Origin: Microgenomates group bacterium GW2011_GWC1_46_15
Lineage (GTDB): Bacteria > Patescibacteriota > Microgenomatia > UBA1400 > UBA12028
Direction: 5' to 3'
Length of the DNA stretch: 64,000 bases
Assembly (NCBI GenBank): GCA_001002285.1
Contig: LCLX01000002.1
Location: 3,827-67,826 of the forward strand
Shown: positions 8,076-16,357 of the stretch, in pieces
Position numbering within the stretch: position 1 is the first letter of the stretch
How the letters are laid out: every line of letters begins with the position of its first letter
Notes under the pieces: model-generated
Seen by the model: only the letters and a program-made list of their open reading frames with translations
Databases searched by the model: none
What the model was told of the DNA's origin: nothing
Program-made: the position numbers and the translations under genes

Positions 8076-9863
8076 TTACTCAACAGGGTTGTTATCTTCT
8101 TGCAAGTTTTCTCCTTTTTCTTCGCCGATAAACCCATCCTGCTGGAGCTGCCACAACTTCTGATAAATCCCATCTTCTTTTTTCACTAAACTTTCGTGTG
8201 TCCCAATCTCTGCGATTTTCCCCTTGTCCAACACAACAATGCGGTCTGCGCGCATAATCGTAGACAATCTATGAGCAATAATGATGCTTGTACGCGGATT
8301 CTTTGGATCTTTTGCAATGGACCAAAATGCGTGTTGAATGCTTCGTTCGGACTCCGAGTCTAGTGAACTTGTTGCTTCGTCAAACAAAATGATCTTAGGC
8401 TGTTCTAGCAAGAGTCGGGCAATTGCTAAACGCTGCCGCTGACCACCGGACAGTTTAATGCCACGTTCACCAACCATTGTTTTGTCTTCTTCCGGAAGTT
8501 TTTTAATAAAATCATCCAATTTTGCCAACTTCAACACATGATCAACCTCTGCGTCACTTGCTTCCGGGCGGGCATACCGCACATTAAATGCAATGGTGTT
8601 GTTAAACATAATCGGATCCTGTGGAACAATTCCAACTAGGCTGCGAAGATAGGATTTTTTCATGTGTGTAATATCAACGTCATCAATTGTAATGTTTCCA
8701 CCAGTTGGGTCAAAAAACCGCATCATTAATTTTGTGATTGTCGTTTTTCCCGCGCCAGAATACCCAACTAAGGCCACAGACTCTCCAGGCTTAATCTCTA
8801 ATGAGAAATCACTCAAAACATCTTCATTGGCATGATATGAAAATGAAACATGATTAAACTGCACGCTCCCACGCAGATTTTTCACTTCTTCGGCGTGTTC
8901 AGGATCAATAACCTTAATTTTTTCGTCCAACAACCCAAGATACCTTTCCAGATCGTCATACCGTTTTGCCAGTTCACGCAAAATAAACAACAAATTGACC
9001 AAACGGGGAAACAAAAAAAGTGAAAATGAACTGACCAGTAAAAAGTCTGGCAAAGAAAGCGCGTGGGACTGCACATCCATCACCGCTAACACCATCACCG
9101 CAATGAGTGCTAGTAAGGAAAAATTGCCAATGATAATGTCAAAATATCGAAACGTTTGAAAATATCTAAGCAAGTCGTCATACCATTTCGTCAGCAATGT
9201 CCCAAATCTCTTTTGCTCGTACGCTTCTTGTGCGAAGTATTTAACCGTATCAAAATTGATCAAGTTATCCACACGTACGCCGGAAACTTCATCATCAGTC
9301 TCACTAAACTTCTTCCGATATTTAATATTCAACTTCACCAAAAAAAGCGAAACAAGAACACTGATAATCGTCACAAGAATGCCAAAAACCATGTAGGACG
9401 ACCGCAACATTGCAAATGTTCCCAACATCATGAGAAATACCAAAACCGTAGCATAGACCTCGCGATTAATGAGGTGGTAAAAACCAAAATATGCTTCATC
9501 TCCACGCCGCATAATACCGATAAGTTTTCCCGAACTTTTATTGGTGTGATAGGCAAAATCAAGATCATGAAGGTGTTTTAAGATAGACCCCTGCAAATCT
9601 ATCGAGGTCCGCGTCATTCCCTGATCACCAATGTAATATGATAACGCGACGATACAATTTCCAATGACAAGTGCGATGCCGAACCATACCAATATCCAAA
9701 ACGCCTGATCAAACGATCCAGTTTGCACTGCAGCGGTCACCCATTTGACAAGAAACGGTTGCGTGTTCGACATCACAATACCCACAGTGAACAACACAAG
9801 ATACACGATAAAATTTCGCGGATATTTAAATATGAACTGATACAAACGTTTTAACACACGCAT
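8076..9863 (-). CDS. ABC transporter, fused permease/ATP-binding exporter (MsbA-like)
   Basis: Six-TM N-terminal domain, Walker A GYSGAGKTT, signature LSGGQRQRLAIAR, Walker B ILFDEATSSLD. Confidence 0.85.
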   Translation of the reverse strand: MRVLKRLYQFIFKYPRNFIVYLVLFTVGIVMSNTQPFLVKWVTAAVQTGSFDQAFWILVWFGIALVIGNCIVALSYYIGDQGMTRTSIDLQGSILKHLHDLDFAYHTNKSSGKLIGIMRRGDEAYFGFYHLINREVYATVLVFLMMLGTFAMLRSSYMVFGILVTIISVLVSLFLVKLNIKYRKKFSETDDEVSGVRVDNLINFDTVKYFAQEAYEQKRFGTLLTKWYDDLLRYFQTFRYFDIIIGNFSLLALIAVMVLAVMDVQSHALSLPDFLLVSSFSLFLFPRLVNLLFILRELAKRYDDLERYLGLLDEKIKVIDPEHAEEVKNLRGSVQFNHVSFSYHANEDVLSDFSLEIKPGESVALVGYSGAGKTTITKLMMRFFDPTGGNITIDDVDITHMKKSYLRSLVGIVPQDPIMFNNTIAFNVRYARPEASDAEVDHVLKLAKLDDFIKKLPEEDKTMVGERGIKLSGGQRQRLAIARLLLEQPKIILFDEATSSLDSESERSIQHAFWSIAKDPKNPRTSIIIAHRLSTIMRADRIVVLDKGKIAEIGTHESLVKKEDGIYQKLWQLQQDGFIGEEKGENLQEDNNPVE

Positions 9864-9945
9864 AACATGTCCTTTACTCTTATACTCTTAGCTCGTCAAC
9901 AAAACCCGCCCCGCAAAAGCGCTTCCGATTATTGAAAAGGGAATG

Positions 9946-10016
9946 AGCGGGTAAGGGGAATCGAACCCCTGGCCCAACCTTGGCAAGGTTGTGTATTACC
10001 ACTATACAATACCCGC
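9946..10016 (-). tRNA. tRNA-Gly (anticodon GCC)
   Basis: Minus-strand cloverleaf GCGGGTA acceptor, anticodon loop TTGCCAA, TTCGATT T-loop. Confidence 0.8.
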
Positions 10017-10058
10017 AATGACACCTTATTGTACCAAATTGGCCGAATATAATATTCT

Positions 10059-10619
10059 TTACCCCCTCGACACGTACTCACCCGTGGTCGTGTCAATAAT
10101 AAGTGTATCGCCCTTTTTCACAAAGAGCGGAACGTATACTTCGACGCCTGTTTCGAGTGTCACCGGCTTTTTCGCTGCCGAGACCGTGTTGCCTGCAACC
10201 GAATCTTCGGCGTTCGCAACTTTCAACTTTACCTTCTGTGGGAAGCGCACGCCAATTGCTTTGTCATCCAAGAACACGACGTACATCGTGAGTTCAGGAA
10301 TTAAATAGCCCATTTTGTCTTCAAGCAGTTTGACCGGAACTGACACTTGGTCATATGTTCGTGGATCCATAAAAATAATGCTTGGGCCATCGGTGTAGAG
10401 GTACTGCATCTCGCGGGCCATCACGTCGAGCTCTTCAACGGGATCATTGGATTTATATGTAAACTCCTGCGTGTTGCCGGTTTTTAAACTTTTCAACTTG
10501 GCACGGCAAATCGCCGAACCTTTTCCGGGTGCGTAAAACTCGGCCTTTGTGACCTCAAATGGCTCATTCTTAAACAGAATGAACATGCCTTTTTGGAGAT
10601 TGCCCGCTTTCATTGCCAT
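10059..10619 (-). CDS. efp: elongation factor P
   Basis: 186 aa; KOW-like N-domain with conserved lysine loop APGKGSAICRAKLK; full three-domain EF-P. Confidence 0.9.
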   Translation of the reverse strand: MAMKAGNLQKGMFILFKNEPFEVTKAEFYAPGKGSAICRAKLKSLKTGNTQEFTYKSNDPVEELDVMAREMQYLYTDGPSIIFMDPRTYDQVSVPVKLLEDKMGYLIPELTMYVVFLDDKAIGVRFPQKVKLKVANAEDSVAGNTVSAAKKPVTLETGVEVYVPLFVKKGDTLIIDTTTGEYVSRG

Positions 10620-10635
10620 ACCGGCGCATTATACC

Positions 10636-11709
10636 TCAGGCGGTCTTGGGTGGAAAGAGGTCGTCTATGGGGAAAAAAAGTACGTCCTGAATGTTTGGCA
10701 CATCAGCAAACAACGCGGCGATGCGGTCAACACCCATTGCACTGCCACCGGTTGGCGGAAAGCCGGACTTGAGCGCGGTTAAAAAATCTTCGTCCAAACC
10801 GTACGTCGTTTTTCCAAGTGTGCGGCGTTCTTCCAAGTCGTGCTCGCACCGTTCACGCTGTTCTTTTGCGTCGGCTAACTCAGAAAACGCGTTGCCTAAC
10901 TCAAAACCCGCCAAAAAGAACTCAAACCGTTCGGCAAATCGCGGATCAGATTTCTTTTTTTGCGCAAGCGCGGCTTGTGAAGTGGGGTAGTCGTACAAAA
11001 ATGTTGGTTTTTTTTGACCTAAGTGCGGTTCAACTTCATTGAACATGATTTGATTGAACGCTTCCTCCCACGTTGTTTTTTTATTGGTGTGATAGCCTTT
11101 TTTTGTGAGCGCGGAAACAAGCCTTGTTTTGGACAATAATGTGTCGGTATCTATGCCCGCATATGTTTGAAACGCTTCGGCAACGGAAATTCGCTCCCAC
11201 GGTGAAGAAAGGTCATATATTTTTCCCTGATACTTCAGCGTCAAATCTTTTGACTGCGGAAACACTGCGTGGTGAATTGCTTGAAAAAGCTTTTTCGTGT
11301 CGTCCATCACGGTGAGATAGTCGCCTGGCGTGTGATACCACTCCAAAATCGTGAACTCAGGATTGTGTTTACTGCTTCGTCCCTCGCCATTGCGGAAACT
11401 TTTGCAGATTTCAAAACAGCTGCCAAGTCCTGCCGCTAGTAGTTTTTTGAGTGCAAACTCGGGGCTTGTCGGCAAAAACGCGCGGGAGCTTGAGCCATCT
11501 GCAAACTTCAACTGTGTCTCAAACACTTCTAAAAATGGCTCGGTACTCGGTTGGGGCAATAACTTTGGTGTTTCAACTTCGTGAAAACCTTGCGACGTAA
11601 AGTGCGCGCGGATTGCGCTTATCACTTGCTCGCGGATGAAAAATGGATGGAAACGCTCAGGATGCTGTTGAAGCCGCTGCCAGATTTTCATACTTTTTTG
11701 CTTTTCCAC
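10636..11709 (-). CDS. epmA: EF-P lysine aminoacylase EpmA (truncated class II LysRS paralogue, PoxA/GenX)
   Basis: Class II aaRS motifs 2 and 3 (FFLAGFELGNAFSEL; GSAMGVDRIAALF). No anticodon-binding domain. Directly downstream of efp. Confidence 0.7.
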   Translation of the reverse strand: MEKQKSMKIWQRLQQHPERFHPFFIREQVISAIRAHFTSQGFHEVETPKLLPQPSTEPFLEVFETQLKFADGSSSRAFLPTSPEFALKKLLAAGLGSCFEICKSFRNGEGRSSKHNPEFTILEWYHTPGDYLTVMDDTKKLFQAIHHAVFPQSKDLTLKYQGKIYDLSSPWERISVAEAFQTYAGIDTDTLLSKTRLVSALTKKGYHTNKKTTWEEAFNQIMFNEVEPHLGQKKPTFLYDYPTSQAALAQKKKSDPRFAERFEFFLAGFELGNAFSELADAKEQRERCEHDLEERRTLGKTTYGLDEDFLTALKSGFPPTGGSAMGVDRIAALFADVPNIQDVLFFPIDDLFPPKTA

Positions 11710-12025
11710 GCCGCTTCACCCTTTCACGCTTCGCCCTTTTCTTATCTGCGTTGTACGCTCTTCTCACTTCCTTTGCCAAAGGCGGTAAATCTTCGACCGT
11801 AAACACCTGCAGAAATGGGTACGCAGGAAATGCTCTAACAAGCAACTCAAGCGTTTCGGTGCCATATTGCTCCTGAATAAGTTGAAATGCTGCGCGTCCC
11901 AACGCATTTAATACTTCATCATAATTACGTGCATCCCGGATAATTTTCTCAGGATGGTCTGCGACGTTATATGCCATCCCTAACCGTGGCGCAAGCTGGG
12001 CTATTTGTTCCGGTGTTAACGGCAT
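11657..12025 (-). CDS. hypothetical protein with Lys/Arg-rich C-terminus
   Basis: 122 aa ORF; C-terminal KKRAKRERVKRRGKAKK; 3' end overlaps epmA start by ~50 nt. Confidence 0.35.
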   Translation of the reverse strand: MPLTPEQIAQLAPRLGMAYNVADHPEKIIRDARNYDEVLNALGRAAFQLIQEQYGTETLELLVRAFPAYPFLQVFTVEDLPPLAKEVRRAYNADKKRAKRERVKRRGKAKKYENLAAASTAS

Positions 12026-12099
12026 ATCACTCCTTTTTGAGCAGGCGACGTATATTTCCGGTATTGTAGCACAAAACCTTTATAGCCTGAGCTATTCTG

Positions 12100-12172
12100 T
12101 GCCAAGCTGAGGAGTCGAACCTCAATTTCATGTTTTTCAGACATGCGCCGTGACCACCTTGGCTAGCTTGGC
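12100..12172 (-). tRNA. tRNA-Phe (anticodon GAA)
   Basis: Minus-strand cloverleaf GCCAAGC acceptor, anticodon stem CATGT/ACATG, loop CTGAAAA, TTCGACT T-loop. Confidence 0.8.
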
Positions 12173-12236
12173 ATACACCGGTTACACGATAGGGGAATTA
12201 TACACAATTTTTCTTCATGACGAAGCGGGTGTTTTT

Positions 12237-12725
12237 TCAGGATAGGGGATATATAAGCATAATAGATTTCACTTCATATTTTCCACCATATTGAGGATGT
12301 AAGAGCACTTTTCCCTTCCATCCAGAGCTATGTTCTTTCATCGCCTCTATTGCGCGCATTATTGAATCAAGGGATGATGGTGTTTCTTTATAATAACGAT
12401 GTGATTGAAGGTATGGAAATATGAGCGCTTTAAACTGTTCAAGTAAATCTGAAACAGACATTTCCACTTCTAATTCTTGTTTTTCTGGTTCTACGCCATC
12501 GCTAGTTTTTGGTCGAGATACATCGGGAAGTTCAAGAGTGATTGCGCGTGGAAAATCGTCGAATCCTCTCCCATTATGTCCAAGATCATAAATAAATCCC
12601 TCAATAATCATTCCGCTTTGTCCCAAGTCAACTCCATTGCTATTGAGTCCATCACAAACACTTCGAAAGAATCCTGCGAGATTTAATTTTGACGCATGCC
12701 AACTGACTTCAACACTCTCTCTCAT
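12237..12725 (-). CDS. hypothetical protein
   Basis: 162 aa ORF between tRNA-Phe and tRNA-Val; no motif recognised. Confidence 0.4.
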   Translation of the reverse strand: MRESVEVSWHASKLNLAGFFRSVCDGLNSNGVDLGQSGMIIEGFIYDLGHNGRGFDDFPRAITLELPDVSRPKTSDGVEPEKQELEVEMSVSDLLEQFKALIFPYLQSHRYYKETPSSLDSIMRAIEAMKEHSSGWKGKVLLHPQYGGKYEVKSIMLIYPLS

Positions 12726-12740
12726 ACTTTTTTTCCTTTG

Positions 12741-12814
12741 TGGCCGCTGAGGGAGTCGAACCCCCGACCTGCCGGATGTAAACCGGACGCTCTAACCAAC
12801 TGAGCTAAGCGGCC
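12741..12814 (-). tRNA. tRNA-Val (anticodon TAC)
   Basis: GGCCGCT acceptor, TAGCTCAGTTGGTTAGAGC D-arm, anticodon loop TTTACAT, GGTTCGACTCC T-arm. Confidence 0.8.
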
Positions 12815-12819
12815 AACGG

Positions 12820-13038
12820 TTACCCTATTTCTCCATAAACTTCAGGCATATCATGTTCCAATTTCGTGGGAATCAAGGATTCTATAACAATTCGGTTAGG
12901 ACCCTCCATTTTAAACCCAACTTTTTCCCCAGCGCGAAGATCAAAAGTATAAACATCCGTTCCATCCACAGGAAATCGAATAGTATTTCTCACTACAACA
13001 AAACATTTACTCCCGTAAAACCTGATAATTCCTTGCAT
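12820..13038 (-). CDS. hypothetical small protein
   Basis: 72 aa from MQGIIRF; the longer ORF would run into tRNA-Leu. Confidence 0.3.
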   Translation of the reverse strand: MQGIIRFYGSKCFVVVRNTIRFPVDGTDVYTFDLRAGEKVGFKMEGPNRIVIESLIPTKLEHDMPEVYGEIG

Positions 13039-13057
13039 ACATACTCCTTTCTCTAAG

Positions 13058-13139
13058 TGCCCGGGAGAGGACTTGAACCTCCAAGGATTGCTCCACACGC
13101 CCCTCGAACGTGCGCGTATACCAGTTCCGCCACCCGGGC
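13058..13139 (-). tRNA. tRNA-Leu (type II, long variable arm; anticodon read as GAG, with apparent C33)
   Basis: GCCCGGG acceptor, GCGGAACTGGTATACGC D-arm, anticodon stem CACGT/GCGTG, loop TCGAGGG, variable arm TGGAGCAATCCTTGG, GGTTCAAGTCC T-arm. Confidence 0.7.
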
Positions 13140-13203
13140 AAGTGGGGAAATTATAATGGAAAAGGAGGAAAATTACTACTCGAGTCTTTTTTGTTGTGCT
13201 CGA

Positions 13204-13617
13204 TCAATCCAAGTCTACTGCATCGGACTGGGAAGGTAACACAAGTCCTCGCGTAGGTTGTCTTGACTGCTCAATGATCCACGTTGGATCACCTACTGAA
13301 TCTGGCACTCCCGCCTTTTGGTTACCTCTCCGATATGCCTCTATGACTTGCTCTGACGCGAGCAGGCCAATGACTTCACCGATGTTTCCAACATAGCCTG
13401 TTCCTCCGGCACCAGCGGGGATACGCCACTGGCCATCAGGATCTTTCACGATAAGATACGAAAAAAAAGTTTTACCTGTTCCCACACCGAGAATGACATG
13501 TATGCGGTCTTTTAATACGCGCGTCCCCATGCGCGGATAAAAAAGCATGCCAAAACTGATGAGCATTTCTCGTTCGGGATGTTCGCTTTGAGGTGCTGGA
13601 GAAATTTCATGCGGCAT
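13204..13617 (-). CDS. hypothetical protein
   Basis: 137 aa; ILGVGTGKT...GAGGTG glycine-rich segments of uncertain meaning. Confidence 0.3.
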   Translation of the reverse strand: MPHEISPAPQSEHPEREMLISFGMLFYPRMGTRVLKDRIHVILGVGTGKTFFSYLIVKDPDGQWRIPAGAGGTGYVGNIGEVIGLLASEQVIEAYRRGNQKAGVPDSVGDPTWIIEQSRQPTRGLVLPSQSDAVDLD

Positions 13618-13761
13618 AGGAATTCACTTAGATTTAGACGTGATTATAAAGGCAACACCTCAAAATTGCTACGCAGAATACACAACACCCCCATCAAAAA
13701 ACTCTCTCTTGACTCAAGATACTCCGCTGGATACGATGCTAAAAACATTGATGGAAGGGGA

Positions 13762-14157
13762 GATATGGCAAGAGCCGACATATTTAGGCTTGGAAGATCA
13801 GCAGATAACGGCGATCTTCATGAAGAGCAACTTAATAATGGGTTTAAGGCTGATCTTGAACAAATATTCAAAAAGTTCAATGAGACAACACTCCTTGTTA
13901 CAGAACACTCTACTCCTCCCCCGAATACGGAAGTGCGTAAAACTCTCTATGTGTGCAGTGAATTATCATGTCCATGGCATATGCAAATAAATGGCGCACC
14001 ATATTACGAAGTGTTGCGAGCATTTGCCGAACACAACAGGAAAAAACATCAGAGTAGTTCAGAAGTTCATCTTCGATACGGACACGACATTATTGGGCTT
14101 GTTTCACAAACTCCTCCCGAACAAAAAACAAGAAGGAGATGGAAACGTTTTCAATAG
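13762..14157 (+). CDS. hypothetical protein
   Basis: 131 aa from MARADIF; lies between the two tRNA-Leu genes. Confidence 0.3.
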   Translation, partial: DMARADIFRLGRSADNGDLHEEQLNNGFKADLEQIFKKFNETTLLVTEHSTPPPNTEVRKTLYVCSELSCPWHMQINGAPYYEVLRAFAEHNRKKHQSSSEVHLRYGHDIIGLVSQTPPEQKTRRRWKRFQ

Positions 14158-14167
14158 TTTGTTTTTG

Positions 14168-14251
14168 TGCCCGGAAGAGGACTTGAACCTCCAAGGGATT
14201 GCTCCCATACGCTCCTGAAGCGTACGCGTCTGCCAATTCCGCCATCCGGGC
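14168..14251 (-). tRNA. tRNA-Leu (anticodon CAG)
   Basis: GCCCGGA acceptor, GCGGAATTGGCAGACGC D-arm, anticodon stem TACGC/GCGTA, loop TTCAGGA, variable arm TGGGAGCAATCCCTTGG, GGTTCAAGTCC T-arm. Confidence 0.8.
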
Positions 14252-14334
14252 GTGATACCACTTCACACCAGATTATATCGAAGGAAATGAGGAATAGCAA
14301 AATGCCGCCAGGCTACACTGTTCAAGCCATGTCG

Positions 14335-15039
14335 TTATCGTTTGCCAAATTTTTTCTCAAACGCACGGAGCACCACATCGGCTGCTTCTTTTGGCATATA
14401 AAACGTCGTGTTTAAAATAAGATCATAGTACTCAGATTTACGAATATCTTTACCAAAATACTGCTTCACAAAATCGCGGCGATCAGACTCAATCTTCTGC
14501 ACAATCTCGCGCGCTTTTATCAATGAAAGTCCTTCAAAATCAACCGTGCGCTGAACGCGGACAGCATAGGGCGCGGTAATGCGCACATGGAGACCTTGTG
14601 CGGATGGCGTCATAAAGTTGGCACCACGGCCCAAAATCACAACATTTCCTTTATACGCCAACGAGAGAATCACTTTGCAGAGTTGCGTAACATATGTTAT
14701 GTCGGAGACATAGTTTGGATTAATCAAACCTTGGATTAAGTCCTGCAAACCTGTTCTGCTTTTTTCATCTATTTGATCCAATACAGTGTTGCGGAGTTTC
14801 GTTGAACGCGAAATTTCTTCGATAAGTTCATGATCATAGAATGCAAATCCTAGGCGCTTTGCCACTTCCTGACCTATAGGTTTACCGCCGCTTCCGGGGT
14901 CACGGGCAATAGTAATAAAAGGGTGGAAAAAGCGTTGATCGGTAAACTGCGGGTCAGTGCTATCTTGTGCCGCATTTTTTTCACGCAACCGAAGTGAGGT
15001 CATCACCCTGGAAATGAGTTCCTCATAGGAAAATGACAT
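14335..15039 (-). CDS. cytidylate kinase-like family protein (PF13189-type P-loop protein)
   Basis: ITIARDPGSGGKPIGQEVAKRLGFAFYDHELI matches the cytidylate-kinase-like family N-terminus. Start set at MSFSYEEL so it does not read through tRNA-Arg. Confidence 0.55.
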   Translation of the reverse strand: MSFSYEELISRVMTSLRLREKNAAQDSTDPQFTDQRFFHPFITIARDPGSGGKPIGQEVAKRLGFAFYDHELIEEISRSTKLRNTVLDQIDEKSRTGLQDLIQGLINPNYVSDITYVTQLCKVILSLAYKGNVVILGRGANFMTPSAQGLHVRITAPYAVRVQRTVDFEGLSLIKAREIVQKIESDRRDFVKQYFGKDIRKSEYYDLILNTTFYMPKEAADVVLRAFEKKFGKR

Positions 15040-15092
15040 AGCAAAAGTATACGCAGATTCTGGTAGAATACAAGATAAGCTACACGAGATAT

Positions 15093-15164
15093 GCCTCCGT
15101 AGGCTAATGGATAGACCGTCGGTCTTCGGAACCGAACGTAGTGGTTCGATTCCACTCGGAGGCA
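15093..15164 (+). tRNA. tRNA-Arg (anticodon TCG)
   Basis: GCCTCCG acceptor, anticodon stem TCGGT/ACCGA, loop CTTCGGA, GTGGTTCGATTCCAC T-arm. Confidence 0.8.
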
Positions 15165-15182
15165 CAAAAAAAGGAGAAAAAT

Positions 15183-15461
15183 ATGTCAGAGCGCACACCA
15201 GAACAAATAAAGGAAAGAACTATTGAAGAGTTCAAATCAAGTCTACAAATAGCAAAGCGAGATCCGGTGGGGGAGTTTCGAGATGAAATAACAAAAGGTG
15301 AAGATGGGTGGATGGAAATCAACATACATCGCCACGCCTATCTTTCACATTCCGCAAGCGCGTGCATTGTATTTAGAATCCAGGGTATAACACAAGAACC
15401 TCATCCCATCCATCAAGACTGGGTCATTATCCGTTGGGATCCAAAAGTGTTTGGCGAATGA
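15183..15461 (+). CDS. hypothetical protein
   Basis: 92 aa from MSERTPEQ with AAGGAG RBS 7 nt upstream; the longer listed ORF starts inside tRNA-Arg. Confidence 0.4.
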   Translation: MSERTPEQIKERTIEEFKSSLQIAKRDPVGEFRDEITKGEDGWMEINIHRHAYLSHSASACIVFRIQGITQEPHPIHQDWVIIRWDPKVFGE

Positions 15462-15895
15462 GCATCTCTTTTGTAGTACTTGCGTATTGTCCACCCCGCA
15501 ATACAAAGATTGATCCCCGTGCTCCCAATGAGTAATACCGGCTGATACCGGAAAAGCAGAAGCGAAGCACTGCTCAATCCAAGAAAAGGGACAATGTCTG
15601 TTACATGGTGAAGACAGCAGAGAATCATCGTTGTTCCGCTTGAAGCAAGCAGGGTTTGCGAGAAACCGTAGCGTTTTTTCATTGCCTCCTGGACCCACCG
15701 TGAAACACCGACCAGAATCAACACAGAAAGAAAAAAAGTCATAAAATACGGGCGAAGCTCAATAAAACGCTGTATGCCGACACTCCATCCTCTGGTGAAT
15801 ATCCGCATCGTTATCATATATAACGCAAAAAATCCCACCGAAGCAATACCTCCATCAAACACTGCCATGATATGCATCCCACTTCTACTCCACAT
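15413..15895 (-). CDS. integral membrane protein, unknown function (contains CC-x-HH)
   Basis: ~5 TM helices, ILCCLHHV motif; last gene of a minus-strand three-gene unit. Confidence 0.4.
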   Translation of the reverse strand: MWSRSGMHIMAVFDGGIASVGFFALYMITMRIFTRGWSVGIQRFIELRPYFMTFFLSVLILVGVSRWVQEAMKKRYGFSQTLLASSGTTMILCCLHHVTDIVPFLGLSSASLLLFRYQPVLLIGSTGINLCIAGWTIRKYYKRDAHSPNTFGSQRIMTQS

Positions 15896-16355
15896 TGATT
15901 TTCCTCTGATTAACCCCTCCGATATCCTGTCCAACAATAGTAAAGGGGGAGGAGACATATGGGAACGTTATAGTGCTGGTTCGATGGTGGTTGCCCCCAT
16001 CGTCTTCATGGGCATTCGACCGAAAAACAACGCCGTCTTTTTCAATCCAGATGTGTTCGCCAAAATCCACACCATCAAGATTGACAGAATGCGTGTTGAG
16101 CGCGGCGCGCACGACGGTTGATGTCTGCGAGTGCTGTTCAACCGTTGCCGATAGTATGACGTCTTTTTCACCCGCATCGGCATACTCTTTCGTTTGCTGT
16201 AACGGAGATTCCACCGTCGTTTGTTGCGACTCAATCAATGTTTCCGGAATATTTCCAACTGCAACAATCGTGTATGTCTCCAACAGATACCATCCGCCCA
16301 CAACTACGATAAACACAAGAACAATCAGTCGCCAGCTCGGGAAAATGTTCTGCAT
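15885..16355 (-). CDS. membrane-anchored exported protein, unknown function
   Basis: N-terminal signal anchor RLIVLVFIVVVGGWYLL, then acidic/His-containing soluble domain. Confidence 0.4.
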   Translation of the reverse strand: MQNIFPSWRLIVLVFIVVVGGWYLLETYTIVAVGNIPETLIESQQTTVESPLQQTKEYADAGEKDVILSATVEQHSQTSTVVRAALNTHSVNLDGVDFGEHIWIEKDGVVFRSNAHEDDGGNHHRTSTITFPYVSSPFTIVGQDIGGVNQRKINVE

Positions 16356-16357
16356 CG

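Noticed and set aside
7864-8163. 99-aa Gly/Ser-rich ORF as an independent gene
   Set aside because: It is better explained as the frameshifted C-terminal tail of the DUF2207 gene than as a stand-alone protein; it overlaps the convergent ABC transporter 3' end.
9156-9581. 141-aa plus-strand ORF inside the ABC transporter gene
   Set aside because: Antisense to a gene with complete Walker A, signature and Walker B motifs.
13057-13239. ORF 13057..13239 (+) and its twin 14167..14415 (+), both beginning MPGRGLEPPR
   Set aside because: They are translations of the antisense strand of the two tRNA-Leu genes; the near-identical peptides just reflect tRNA sequence identity.
15141-15182. N-terminal extension (MVRFHSEAQKKEKN) of ORF 15141..15461
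   Set aside because: It begins inside tRNA-Arg; the AAGGAG RBS and ATG at 15183 give a cleaner start.
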